Shown in pieces: positions 1 through 10,503 of a stretch of 32,233 nt of DNA. The notes under the pieces were generated by a model. That model was not told where the DNA came from and made no database searches. It was given only the letters and a program-made list of their open reading frames with translations. A program made the translations under genes and the position numbers. The DNA comes from Octopus bimaculoides (lineage: Eukaryota): positions 52,275,849 through 52,308,081 of the forward strand of contig NC_068998.1 in NCBI RefSeq assembly GCF_001194135.2. Direction: 5' to 3'. The stretch's first letter is position 1. Every line of letters begins with the position of its first letter.

Positions 1-385
1 TATATATATATATATATATCAATATATATGTATGTATGTATGTATGTATCTATTTATACACACAACCCACCCGCACAGACTAACACACCAACAAACATTT
101 TTGAGTGTATATATAACCGAGCTCCGTATCCTCTTCTGCCAACGTCTCTTCATAGTTGCAGCGTTAGATTGGATTCAGACTGACACGTGTACAGCCGTTG
201 CCACAGTCTCCAGGTAACAGCGATCACTACAACGTGTATCGTGGGATTATTGGCTGCTTCGATTCTCTCTCGGGATTTCATTGATTTCGGGGAATTATCT
301 TCACAAAAATCAGTAGGCGTGATATATATCTATAGCTACATACACACATACTCACGCACGCACATACACACATACATATATGCGT

Positions 386-418
<33 letters not shown>

Positions 419-863
419 CTTGAATATATATATGGATGTACANNNNNNNNNNNNNNNNNNNNNNNNNNNNNNNNNNNNNNNNNNNNNNNNNNNNNNNNNN
501 NNNNNNNNNNNNNNNNNNNNNNNNNNNNNNNNNNNNNNNNNNNNNNNNNNNNNNNNNNNNNNNNNNNNNNNNNNNNNNNNNNNNNNNNNNNNNNNNNNNN
601 NNNNNNNNNNNNNNNNNNNNNNNNNNNNNNNNNNNNNNNNNNNNNNNNNNNNNNNNNNNNNNNNNNNNNNNNNNNNNNNNNNNNNNNNNNNNNNNNNNNN
701 NNNNNNNNNNNNNNNNNNNNNNNNNNNNNNNNNNNNNNNNNNNNNNNNNNNNNNNNNNNNNNNNNNNNNNNNNNNNNNNNNNNNNNNNNNNNNNNNNNNN
801 NNNNNNNNNNNNNNNNNNNNNNNNNNNNAAGACAACTCAAGAAGCAACCCAATAATATAATGA

Positions 864-1020
864 ATTAGCTGGGTACTTTAGCACATCGATCGAATGACTT
901 GTATTTATCCCGACTCGCTGACACCTGAGTTCAATTCCTGGCTCAGTCAAATTCTTCTTTCACTATTTCTGGTTCGATAATTAAAGACCCTGTTCTGAAC
1001 TGGAATGAATCCTTCTTTTG
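864..1020 (+). mobile_element. Family A SINE, heavily diverged
   Basis: TAGCTGG..TTAGCAC head, B-box-like GAGTTCAATTCC at about 927-938, then CTTTCACTATTTCTGGTTCGATAATTAAAGACC matching the reverse complement of the family A body. Confidence 0.5.
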
Positions 1021-1055
1021 CTCTCCCTGTCTTTGAGTCTGCTAGACATACTTAT

Positions 1056-1187
1056 GGCACCTTTGGGCTAATGCCTTCTGCTATGGTCTCAGGCCGACCA
1101 AAGCATTGTGAGTGATTTTGGTTAACAAAATCTAAAAGGAGCATGTACACATATATACACATATACATAAATACATACACACACGTT

Positions 1188-1234
<47 letters not shown>

Positions 1235-1335
1235 CTTTGTGTCTGTGTTTGTCTCACAGCACCACTTGACAACCCGTGTTGGTTTGTTTACGTCCCCCGT
1301 GACATAAACAGACAAGTAACGATTGAATAAGTACC
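1056..1335 (+). mobile_element. Family B SINE (head lost) containing an internal TA/CA/(TG)n microsatellite
   Basis: The 5' body GGCACCTTTGGGCTAATGCCTTCTG..GGCCGACCAAAGCATTGTGAGTG matches 16120-16163 and the reverse complement of 16900-16975. The 3' body GTGTCTGTGTTTGTC..TTGACAACCCGTGTTGGTTTGTTTACGTCCCC matches the reverse complement of 16345-16410. Confidence 0.7.
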
Positions 1336-1344
1336 GGGGGTGAC

Positions 1345-1530
1345 AAACCTTTCAACGGCCGTTTCATGACTTTGAACTGCATCCGGCAGTGGAGCCCTGG
1401 TTTTGGGGTTGCAGAGTTTTGAGGAGTGTCAGCCCACCTCTTAGTTACTATTGTCTCCAGTTCTACTCTGACCCGGTGTAGTAAAACCACTGTCGGGGGC
1501 CTCAATGACGGGTTAAACAGCATGTAAATA
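1345..1530. repeat. Possible decayed dispersed repeat (unclassified)
   Basis: CTACTCTGACCCGGTGTAGTA..GGGGGCC..GGGTTAAACAG resembles an octopus interspersed repeat I recall. No second copy in the window to confirm it. Confidence 0.25.
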
Positions 1531-1644
1531 GAGACCAGCTGGAAATATTGGAATAATATTGTGGTTCCAATAAGGCCAGTAATTCCAGGAGCGGGCGTAA
1601 GACGATTATATTGACCTCCAACCACCACCACCACCACAAATGAT

Positions 1645-1783
1645 CAACTGGTACTTATTTTATCGATCGCTAGAAGGATAAAAGGTAAATTTGATCCCAA
1701 TGACATGTGAACTCAGGGCTTAAAGACGGACGAAATACTGCAAAGCATTTTACTCGGCACGCTAATGGTTCTGCTAGCTCGCC
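1645..1783 (-). mobile_element. Family A SINE, diverged
   Basis: ACTGGTACTTATTTTATCGATC...GTGAACTCAGGGCTTAAAGACGGACGAAATACTGCAAAGCATTTTACTCGGCACGCTAATGGTTCTGCTAGCTCGCC aligns end to end with 30360-30497. Confidence 0.8.
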
Positions 1784-2817
1784 ATTTTAATCTTCGAGAA
1801 CTTAAGAACACATAAGTTATCGTGGTGAAGCGATATAATATTCCATAATCCTTGAGACATGGTTTCGATATCAAGAGTTGTCCAAGAGTAAAATGATTGT
1901 GAAACGATATTTAAGTGTATTGAATAGATCGACAAAAATATTGTGGTTCCAACTATGAATCGAAACCAGATGTCAGCAATAACTGGCAGACCGATAATCA
2001 CTTCATTGGTGAACTAGAATGCTACAGTAAAAAGCCTAATATTATTAACTTAACAGATTCTCAGCATTAAAAAAACAACAACAATAGAAAAACAGCAGCA
2101 AAACTGGAGAAACATAAGCGTTTCAGGTGTGGTTATTAGTATAATGTGTTTTGTTAAAGCAGAGAAGAATATTGGTTTGTGGAGCGATAATTGCATAAAC
2201 CTTGTAAAATAAATAACAAAATCTCGAACAGCGATAACTTTAACAACTACGTTTTTTTTTTCAATCTTTTTCTTTCACTCTCTAACCTCCCCCATACACA
2301 CACTTACTGATAGAGCTATCTCTTTATCTATTACTCTACTCTCTGGCCATCTATCTATATGCATTATATCTTTGTGTGTATTTTCCTTTATTTATCTCTC
2401 TATTTAACTACTTGTGTATTTATCCATACAAGGTGTATATCTGTCTCTTTATATATATATATATATATATATATNNNNNNNNNNNNNNNNNNNNNNNNNN
2501 NNNNNNNNNNNNNNNNNNNNNNNNNNNNNNNNNNNNNNNNNNNNNNNNNNNNNNNNNNNNNNNNNNNNNNNNNNNNNNNNNNNNNNNNNNNNNNNNNNNN
2601 NNNNNNNNNNNNNNNNNNNNNNNNNNNNNNNNNNNNNNNNNNNNNNNNNNNNNNNNNNNNNNNNNNNNNNNNNNNNNNNNNNNNNNNNNNNNNNNNNNNN
2701 NNNNNNNNNNNNNNNNNNNNNNNNNNNNNNNNNNNNNNNNNTATATATATATATATATATATATGTATCATATATGTATATGTATTTACTTATCTATCTA
2801 GCTGCCAATCAAATTCC

Positions 2818-2818
<1 letters not shown>

Positions 2819-2872
<54 letters not shown>

Positions 2873-2906
2873 CCTATCAATCTTTATCTCTCTCTCTCTC
2901 TCTCTC
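2819..2906. repeat. (TCTA)n then (CT)n microsatellite
   Basis: Directly visible. Confidence 0.95.
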
Positions 2907-3327
2907 ACTATCTGTCTACCTCTTCCTCACACTCTTTGTCTTCATCACCCCTTTTTTCCAAGTGCGGCGGTTTTTGAATTTTTCATAATACTATTTATGA
3001 GCACAAAGTTTATATGCAATTACAGATTGCAGATCGAAGATTTAAACAGCTATAACTAGAGCGGTGACTGCAGCTATAACTCAAAGTTGTGTTTGATATT
3101 TGTAATCAACCTAATGGACATTTACTAGATATCGCAGTAAATTCTCCATATTTTACGAGATAAATCATTTTTTATTGCAATCGGAAACTACATTTTCCGA
3201 CGTTTATTTCGCACTATCTATAGAGAAATGTCATTGTGAAAGCATTTTATATTTCTCGGTGAATAAGTCCGAGATGGGTTTTCTATAGACAAAACTCACT
3301 TAAATTCATTCACATAGGTACGGTGAT

Positions 3328-3342
3328 ACATACATACATACA

Positions 3343-3378
<36 letters not shown>

Positions 3379-3492
3379 TATATATACCCATATATATTTA
3401 TATACACATACAGATATAAACACACTCACACACACATATATATAAACAGCTTAGTTTTAGATTCGCTATGTTCATATACCTATATTCATAAA

Positions 3493-3544
<52 letters not shown>

Positions 3545-4193
3545 NNNNNNNNNNNNNNNNNNNNNNNNNNNNNNNNNNNNNNNNNNNNNNNNNNNNNNNN
3601 NNNNNNNNNNNNNNNNNNNNNNNNNNNNNNNNNNNNNNNNNNNNNNNNNNNNNNNNNNNNNNNNNNNNNNNNNNNNNNNNNNNNNNNNNNNNNNNNNNNN
3701 NNNNNNNNNNNNNNNNNNNNNNNNNNNNNNNNNNNNNNNNNNNNNNNNNNNNNNNNNNNNNNNNNNNNNNNNNNNNNNNNNNNNNNNNNNNNNNNNNNNN
3801 NNNNNNNNNNNNNNNNNNNNNNNNNNNNNNNNNNNNNNNNNNNNNNNNNNNNNNNNNNNNNNNNNNNNNNNNNNNNNNNNNNNNNNNNNNNNNNNNNNNN
3901 NNNNNNNNNNNNNNNNNNNNNNNNNNNNNNNNNNNNNNNNNNNNNNNNNNNNNNNNNNNNNNNNNNNNNNNNNNNNNNNNNNNNNNNNNNNNNNNNNNNN
4001 NNNNNNNNNNNNNNNNNNNNNNNNNNNNNNNNNNNNNNNNNNNNNNNNNNNNNNNNNNNNNNNNNNNNNNNNNNNNNNNNNNNNNNNNNNNNNNNNNNNN
4101 NNNNNNNNNNNNNNNNNNNNNNNNNNNNNNNNNNNNNNNNNNNNNNNNNNNNNNNNNNNNNNNNNNNNNNNNNNNNNNNNNNNNNNNNNNNNN

Positions 4194-4240
<47 letters not shown>

Positions 4241-4320
4241 GTATATATATAAATATGAAAATATACATATGCATATACATGTATATAAATATAAGTAGAT
4301 AGGTAGATAAACAGATAGAC
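3328..4320. repeat. (TACA)n/(TA)n compound microsatellite region around the gap 3545-4193
   Basis: Directly visible on both sides of the gap. Confidence 0.9.
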
Positions 4321-4442
4321 AGATATATATATCCCTACACACATAAATGCTAACACACACGCACCCGCTCTCATACACTCACACAGAGATATGCACACAT
4401 GTAGATAGATAGATAGATATCATACTGGACTAAAATGATAGT

Positions 4443-4513
4443 TGATGATGACGATGATGATGATGATGATGATGATAATAATAATAATAATAATAATGAT
4501 AATAATAATAATG

Positions 4514-4586
<73 letters not shown>

Positions 4587-4620
4587 TAATAATAATAATA
4601 AAAGCAATGATAATGACAAT
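4443..4620. repeat. (GAT)n grading into (AAT)n
   Basis: Directly visible. Confidence 0.95.
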
Positions 4621-4924
4621 ACCAATAAAAAAAATTAAAAAAAGTATATGAATGAACGTCTAACTAAATAGGTAAAAGTTTTTTTAAAAAACGATGGCTG
4701 AGTAACGCCGACGACACGTAAAGAGACCATTTTAGTCGTCTGAAAAGGCTTTATTGGTCTGTAAACCTTGCTTCTAATTCGATAGATTTAGTGAGATAGT
4801 TCGAAGATATTAGAGGTTAGACCAATTTACATCGGCACTAATAGCTGCTATGTGAACTACAAAGGAAGAATAACGAATGCCGTAATAAAAGATATCAAAA
4901 GATACATACACACATACAGATATA

Positions 4925-4976
<52 letters not shown>

Positions 4977-5419
4977 GCATCTCATAGTTATCGTCACTTC
5001 CCATTGCACCTTTTTAATACTTCTCCCCCCTCCCGGCACACAGGCGTGTATACGTACACACATGCGAAAGTATAGAGATGTGCATATATATATATAAATA
5101 TGTATGTATGTATGTATGTATGTATGTGTATAGGCGCAAACTTTCCATTCGCATATTCTCACTTTCGCAGAGAAATAAATACGGATGGATACCTGATTGT
5201 ATTTGCTGTTGTTTGCCAAATTAGATGAACTTTGGTTATACATGAACACACACACACGTACACGCATACGCTGACATACACACACACTAACACACGCATA
5301 CAAACCCACACTTATACACAAGAACGCACGCGCACACACATATACGAACTTATACGAGTGAAGTATATAATTAACTAATGCTTGTGTCAACACATGCGAA
5401 TATGTCATAGCAGATGAGG

Positions 5420-5449
5420 GCATACGTATCTATCAATCTATCCATCTAT

Positions 5450-5501
<52 letters not shown>

Positions 5502-5576
5502 GTCTGTCTGTGTGTGGTTGTGTGTCTGTGTGTGCGTGTGTATATGCACATATACCTAGGTATATATGCATGCATG

Positions 5577-5643
<67 letters not shown>
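5420..5643. repeat. (TCTA)n, TG-rich and (TA)n compound microsatellite
   Basis: Directly visible; (TA)n at about 5578-5643. Confidence 0.95.
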
Positions 5644-5646
<3 letters not shown>

Positions 5647-5982
5647 TTCTGAACTTGCTTTGCAAGATTCTTGATGTGAAACCGTGTGTTGAAATAAATA
5701 TTGTTGCATGTCTCACACCGCGAATTCGAGCGGATCGCGCGATAAATCGTCAAACCGAATCTGGCTTTTCTTCCATACGATTTTCAGTTTAACTAATGAC
5801 GGTATCGATTTAGTTTTTGATCATTGCAGATCAGTTGATATCAGTAATATACTTGGTCTAAAAAGATCGATCAGTAATAATAATAATTTTTTAAAAATCC
5901 ATTTTTCTATAAGTTTCTTCCTTTAATGTTGTGGAATGAATCATTGTATCGTTTTGTATTCGGCAAACGAACAACCACAAAT

Positions 5983-6026
<44 letters not shown>

Positions 6027-6159
6027 ACCCTCCCCCACACACATACTCGGACAGCCAACCATAACCTTTATACAGAAACACACTTGTTTACACGTGCGCA
6101 AACGCGTAATTCAATTACTTGTATTTTGCTGTATCCAATGGCATCGCTATGTTGATGGT

Positions 6160-6633
6160 GATAATGATGATGGCTGTTGAGGAGGGATGATGATGATGAC
6201 GATGAGGACGGCGGTGGCGGCGGTCACGCTGACAAGGATAACGACGACGATGACGATGGTGATGATGACGATGATGACGATCGACGGTGATGATGATGAT
6301 GATGATGATGATGACGATGGTGAGGAAGACGATGATGATGACGATGATGATGATGTAGACGACGATGATGATGACGATCGAGGTGATGATGTTGGTGATG
6401 ATGACGATGGTGACGACGACGACGACGACGATGATGATGGTGATGATGATGACGACGACGGTAACTTCGATCGACGGTGACGATGATGATGATGATGATG
6501 ACCACGATGGTGATGACGATGATGATGATGATGATGATGATGACGCTGACGACGGCAATGAAGATGATGATGATGATGATGAACAATTGCACCGGTCATC
6601 TTTAGCAATTCCATAACGAACAGTGTTGATAAT

Positions 6634-6664
<31 letters not shown>
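6160..6664. repeat. Degenerate GAT/GAC/GGT trinucleotide array followed by (ATC)n
   Basis: Directly visible; source of the poly-D/poly-M/poly-S pseudo-ORFs. Confidence 0.95.
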
Positions 6665-6840
6665 GTTACGGGGGGACATAATTCAGCTGGCCTGCTCCTA
6701 TAATCACATCTTCCAACACCACCACCGCCGCCGCCATTACAGCGTCAACTACCTTAACGCCACTCCACCCCCACCCACAATCCCCCAACCAGCTCATTTC
6801 TCTCGCTCAATTCTGTCATTCTTTCTGTTGTTCTGTCGTT

Positions 6841-6883
6841 TTTCTATATTTTTTCTTCTTCTTCTTCCTTTCACTAACTTCAG
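6841..6883 (+). promoter_or_regulatory. Candidate 3' splice site with branch point
   Basis: Long pyrimidine tract followed by CACTAAC and TTCAG (AG at 6882-6883). Confidence 0.35.
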
Positions 6884-7002
6884 ATTCGTCAATATCCTAC
6901 ATTGCAAAGCTGTACTTTGATCTGATGTTTATGAGGAAAATAAATAAACCGGGCGTAATATTATCCGTAATAAGTGGAATAACGAAAACTTGGGTGAAGA
7001 AA

Positions 7003-7236
7003 CAAAATGGCGGAAAACAAAGAAAATAAACCAGCAAAAACCATTTTGTCATAAAAAAAGACAAAAAAAATAAAGAAAAAAAAGAAAAAAAGAAACGTGA
7101 CGAGCAGTAATTACTTTATAATTGAATCAATTCAAAATATTTCCTGTGAACATCCCTATCTTTCAATTATGCCGCCTCTATACGTTGCTTAAAGTTGTCA
7201 TGCCATTTCACAGCGAAAAGGAAGTAAAATGGCCGC
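7003..7236 (+). promoter_or_regulatory. Two YY1-type motifs, the second abutting an ETS core
   Basis: CAAAATGGCGG at 7003-7013; GGAAGT at 7220-7225 directly followed by AAAATGGCCGC at 7226-7236. Confidence 0.3.
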
Positions 7237-7363
7237 TGCAATTTTCTTGTCGTTCTGCACCTCTTTTGTCAACCTGCCTCTCCAAGCTTGAGAACAATTT
7301 ATGACAGATGTGTCAGCAATGAATATAGATAAACTAAGCAGGCAGATTGCTCGCCCATTCGCT

Positions 7364-7387
7364 CTCTCTCTCTCTATATATATATAT

Positions 7388-7441
<54 letters not shown>

Positions 7442-7621
7442 GTGTGTGTGTGTATAATGTGAAAAAACGAGATGGAGAGTGGGGTAAAGAGAGAGGAAGA
7501 GAAAAAGAGGTAATTACATATATAAGTATGTGAGTATTGACAGATAAAAACATGTATATGAAAGTGGATACAGAGAGGGACAAGCAGATATATGTAGCGT
7601 TAGATAGAAAGATAGATAGAT

Positions 7622-7664
<43 letters not shown>

Positions 7665-7983
7665 CAGACAGATTGATAGATAAACAGACACATACAGACA
7701 GGCAGACAAACACACACACAGAGACAGACAGGTGGACAGATAAGTAGATAGAGCGATAGATAGATAGATAGATACATACATACATACATACATACATACA
7801 TACATAGACAGACAGATAGACAGATACACACATAGACAGATACACACATAGGTAGATTGATTAACACAGAAAAGAATGAAAAAGGAGTCTAAAGAGAGAA
7901 AAACTTGGAGGTACACGAGAGAAATAGGAAAGTGGCGGAGAATACGATAACGAGACACACCCATGCGAACGTAGACACACACA

Positions 7984-8071
<88 letters not shown>

Positions 8072-8270
8072 CATTCAGACATACAGACATACAAACATAT
8101 ATACACATATAAACGCACATTTGTACATAGATACATACACACATACAAGCAAACACACACACACACATGCATATATATATATATATATATATATGCATAC
8201 ATATATAGCATACAAACATACATCTAGACGTACATACATACATACACGCACACATACATATGTGCATACA
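7364..8270. repeat. Compound microsatellite block: (CT)(TA)(TG), (TAGA)/(CAGA)/(TACA), long (CA)n
   Basis: Directly visible, with short unique spacers. Confidence 0.9.
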
Positions 8271-8321
8271 TATTCAAGTAAAGATAGATGTGTTATTCAA
8301 CCAATGAAAAGCTTTTAATAT

Positions 8322-9106
8322 GGGCGCTGTATCCGATTGAAATAACAGTCAAACGTATCTAGAACCAGATGCGATTTGAGGCCAGTAAAAGACAGGCATG
8401 GTCTGTCATAGACTGTGCACACAAAAAGGTCATTGTCATTCACCTTCTCGACCTTAGATCTCTTTTGTGTCTTACACGTGTTATCCTGGCCTCTTCAAAT
8501 GCTTTCACTCCACTCCGCACCTTTGTTCGCCCTCCAGCTCGGTCCGCAGCAAGGGTTTCTTTCTCTGGAACAATTCCAAGTGACTTCATAGTAGTCCTTA
8601 TGCCGTCCTTAAACTTTTTGGGGGTTTACGCCGATAGCGTTTCCCCTCTGCAATCTCGCCATAAAATAGCTGTTTAGGAATGTGTTCATCTGCCATTCAA
8701 ACAATATGGCCACACTATCTCATTTGGTTCCTTAAAATCATAGCTTTAATTGAGGTGATGCCTGCAGATGCAAGGACATCTGTGATTGGAGTAAAAGACC
8801 TCCATTTAATTTTTAAAATGCAATGAAGGCATTTTAGTGGAATTGTTCTAACAGTTTAAAATGCCTTTCATAATAAGTCCAAGTTTCACAGGAGTACAAC
8901 AGGGATGGTAAGACAAATGATTTGTAAAGAGTCAGCTTTGCATTCTTATTTATATGTCACTGGCACCAAACGCGTGATTCCAAGCCATCAAATGCATTTG
9001 CTGTCCTTTGAACTCGCAGGGGTATTTCTGTATCAAGATTTCCATCATTTTGAACGGAGCTTCCAAGGTAGACGAACGAATCGACAACCTCAAGTAACTT
9101 TCCCTT

Positions 9107-9108
<2 letters not shown>
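8322..9108 (-). mobile_element. 5'-truncated, decayed RTE-clade (BovB-like) non-LTR retrotransposon; C-terminal part of the RT ORF plus short 3' UTR
   Basis: Minus-strand translation across stops and frameshifts gives KLLEVVDSFVYLGSSVQNDGNLDTEI..RVQRTANAFDGLESRVW, AKLTLYKSFVLPSLLYSCETW, CLHCILKIKW, QMR*CGHIV*MADEHIPKQLFYGEIAEGKR and a terminal degenerate zinc knuckle CTVYDRPCLSFTGLKSH. These are the post-RT motifs typical of RTE/BovB ORFs. The 5' end abuts a (TA)n(GA)n array; the 3' boundary is approximate. Confidence 0.9.
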
Positions 9109-9157
<49 letters not shown>

Positions 9158-9654
9158 GGGGGGGAATAGATAGATAAATGTATATATATATATCAACTCA
9201 CACATAATATAGAGTAGTATCGTATTTACGTTTTAGGCTGATCCCAACGGCATTACAAATCTAAAGCAATTAGAATTGGCTTCCGAGCTGAAATCAAGAC
9301 TGTATTACGGACTTGGTTTGCCAAAAGCATCTGCTGCCTGGCTACATACAACAACAGTCTAAATATATTCTACGCAACCAATAACTATATACACAAGCAA
9401 AGGTAAAAGACAGAAGGAAAAAAAGGGGGTGGGGGAATGTAGTAGAAAATGAGGCAAGAAGACGGTAAAGATCACATAATGAACAATAATAACAACAACT
9501 AAAACAACCAGTATATTTCTAATTACAACAATAACTTGTAAATTCTAATAGGACATGGAAGAAAGATAGAGTGACGTTTGTCAATAATGAGGTATATTGT
9601 CGACAATTTGATAAGTGTGGCGATAACGCTTAGATAAGAGGGAACGTGTGCGTA

Positions 9655-9760
9655 CTTACGTATATGTATGTTTGTATGTATATATATATATATATGTATA
9701 TATATGTATGTATGTATGTGTACCTGGGAACTTGCATACACACACACACATATATGTTTG

Positions 9761-9792
<32 letters not shown>

Positions 9793-10090
9793 GATATGTA
9801 TGTATTTATATATATATATAAAGAGAGAGAGAGAGAAAGAGAGAGACGTGTATGTAAATATGCGTTTGTCTGTGACTACATGTGTACACATGCCCTAGGT
9901 ACTAGGTATATTTGTGTAGATGTATGTATCCGTGTGTATGTCCGTTTATATATACAAATACATATATATGTACGTAAGCATTTACGTTTGTCTATAAATA
10001 TACATACATATATATATACGTGGGGTATATATAAATAAACATGTATATATGTATACAAGCGTGTGTGTATGTATGTATATATGGTGCGTA
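9655..10090. repeat. TA/TATG/GA compound microsatellite
   Basis: Directly visible. Confidence 0.9.
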
Positions 10091-10267
10091 TATATCGTGA
10101 TAATACAAATGAAACAAGGGCTGTATAAGATAAACACCTCTAGCGATAATACGAATTAGATTCCATCAAAACGTTTTTGTAGATGAAGGCGACGGCAAAA
10201 ACGACGGCTACAAGACGTTGTGAACGACCATCCTCTTCCTCCGCCTCCACCTCCTCTTCCCTCCTCA

Positions 10268-10426
10268 TGATGATGATGATGATGATGATGATGATCATCA
10301 TCATCATGGTCATCATGATTATGTTAATGATGATGAAGATGGCGATGACAATGATGATGACGACGAGGTCGAAGTCGTTGTCGTCAACGCTAGTATTGCT
10401 TGCTAGCAGCGGCAGCAACACCCGTG

Positions 10427-10484
<58 letters not shown>

Positions 10485-10503
10485 CTGCAGTAGTAGTAGT
10501 AGT
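10268..10503. repeat. (GAT)n/(CAT)n and (AGT)n arrays
   Basis: Directly visible; (AGT)n at about 10428-10503. Confidence 0.95.

Noticed and set aside
110-320. Unique segment with a CAG|GTAACA donor at 213/214 and a minus frame SRERIEAANNPTIH faintly like a Penelope GIY-YIG C-terminus
   Set aside because: The candidate exons (52 or 58 bp) give no recognisable peptide, and the Penelope similarity is too short to support.
3047-3081. 11-bp direct repeat CAGCTATAACT flanking 13 nt
   Set aside because: Too short to indicate an insertion; likely a micro-duplication.
5150-5230. Acceptor followed by EINTDGYLIVFAVVC, reminiscent of a small-GTPase beta strand
   Set aside because: A stop follows within four codons, there is no donor, and no other GTPase motifs are present.
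6187-6592. Poly-Asp ORFs resembling acidic molluscan shell-matrix proteins
   Set aside because: The Asp-rich frame switches register at the GATCGACGG landmarks, there is no signal peptide or splice context, and the same GAT arrays recur throughout the window.
7374-8318. Long ORFs of 100-300 aa ([16 protein letters not shown] types), here and throughout
   Set aside because: Translations of dinucleotide and tetranucleotide microsatellites, or of N-runs, that lack stop codons.
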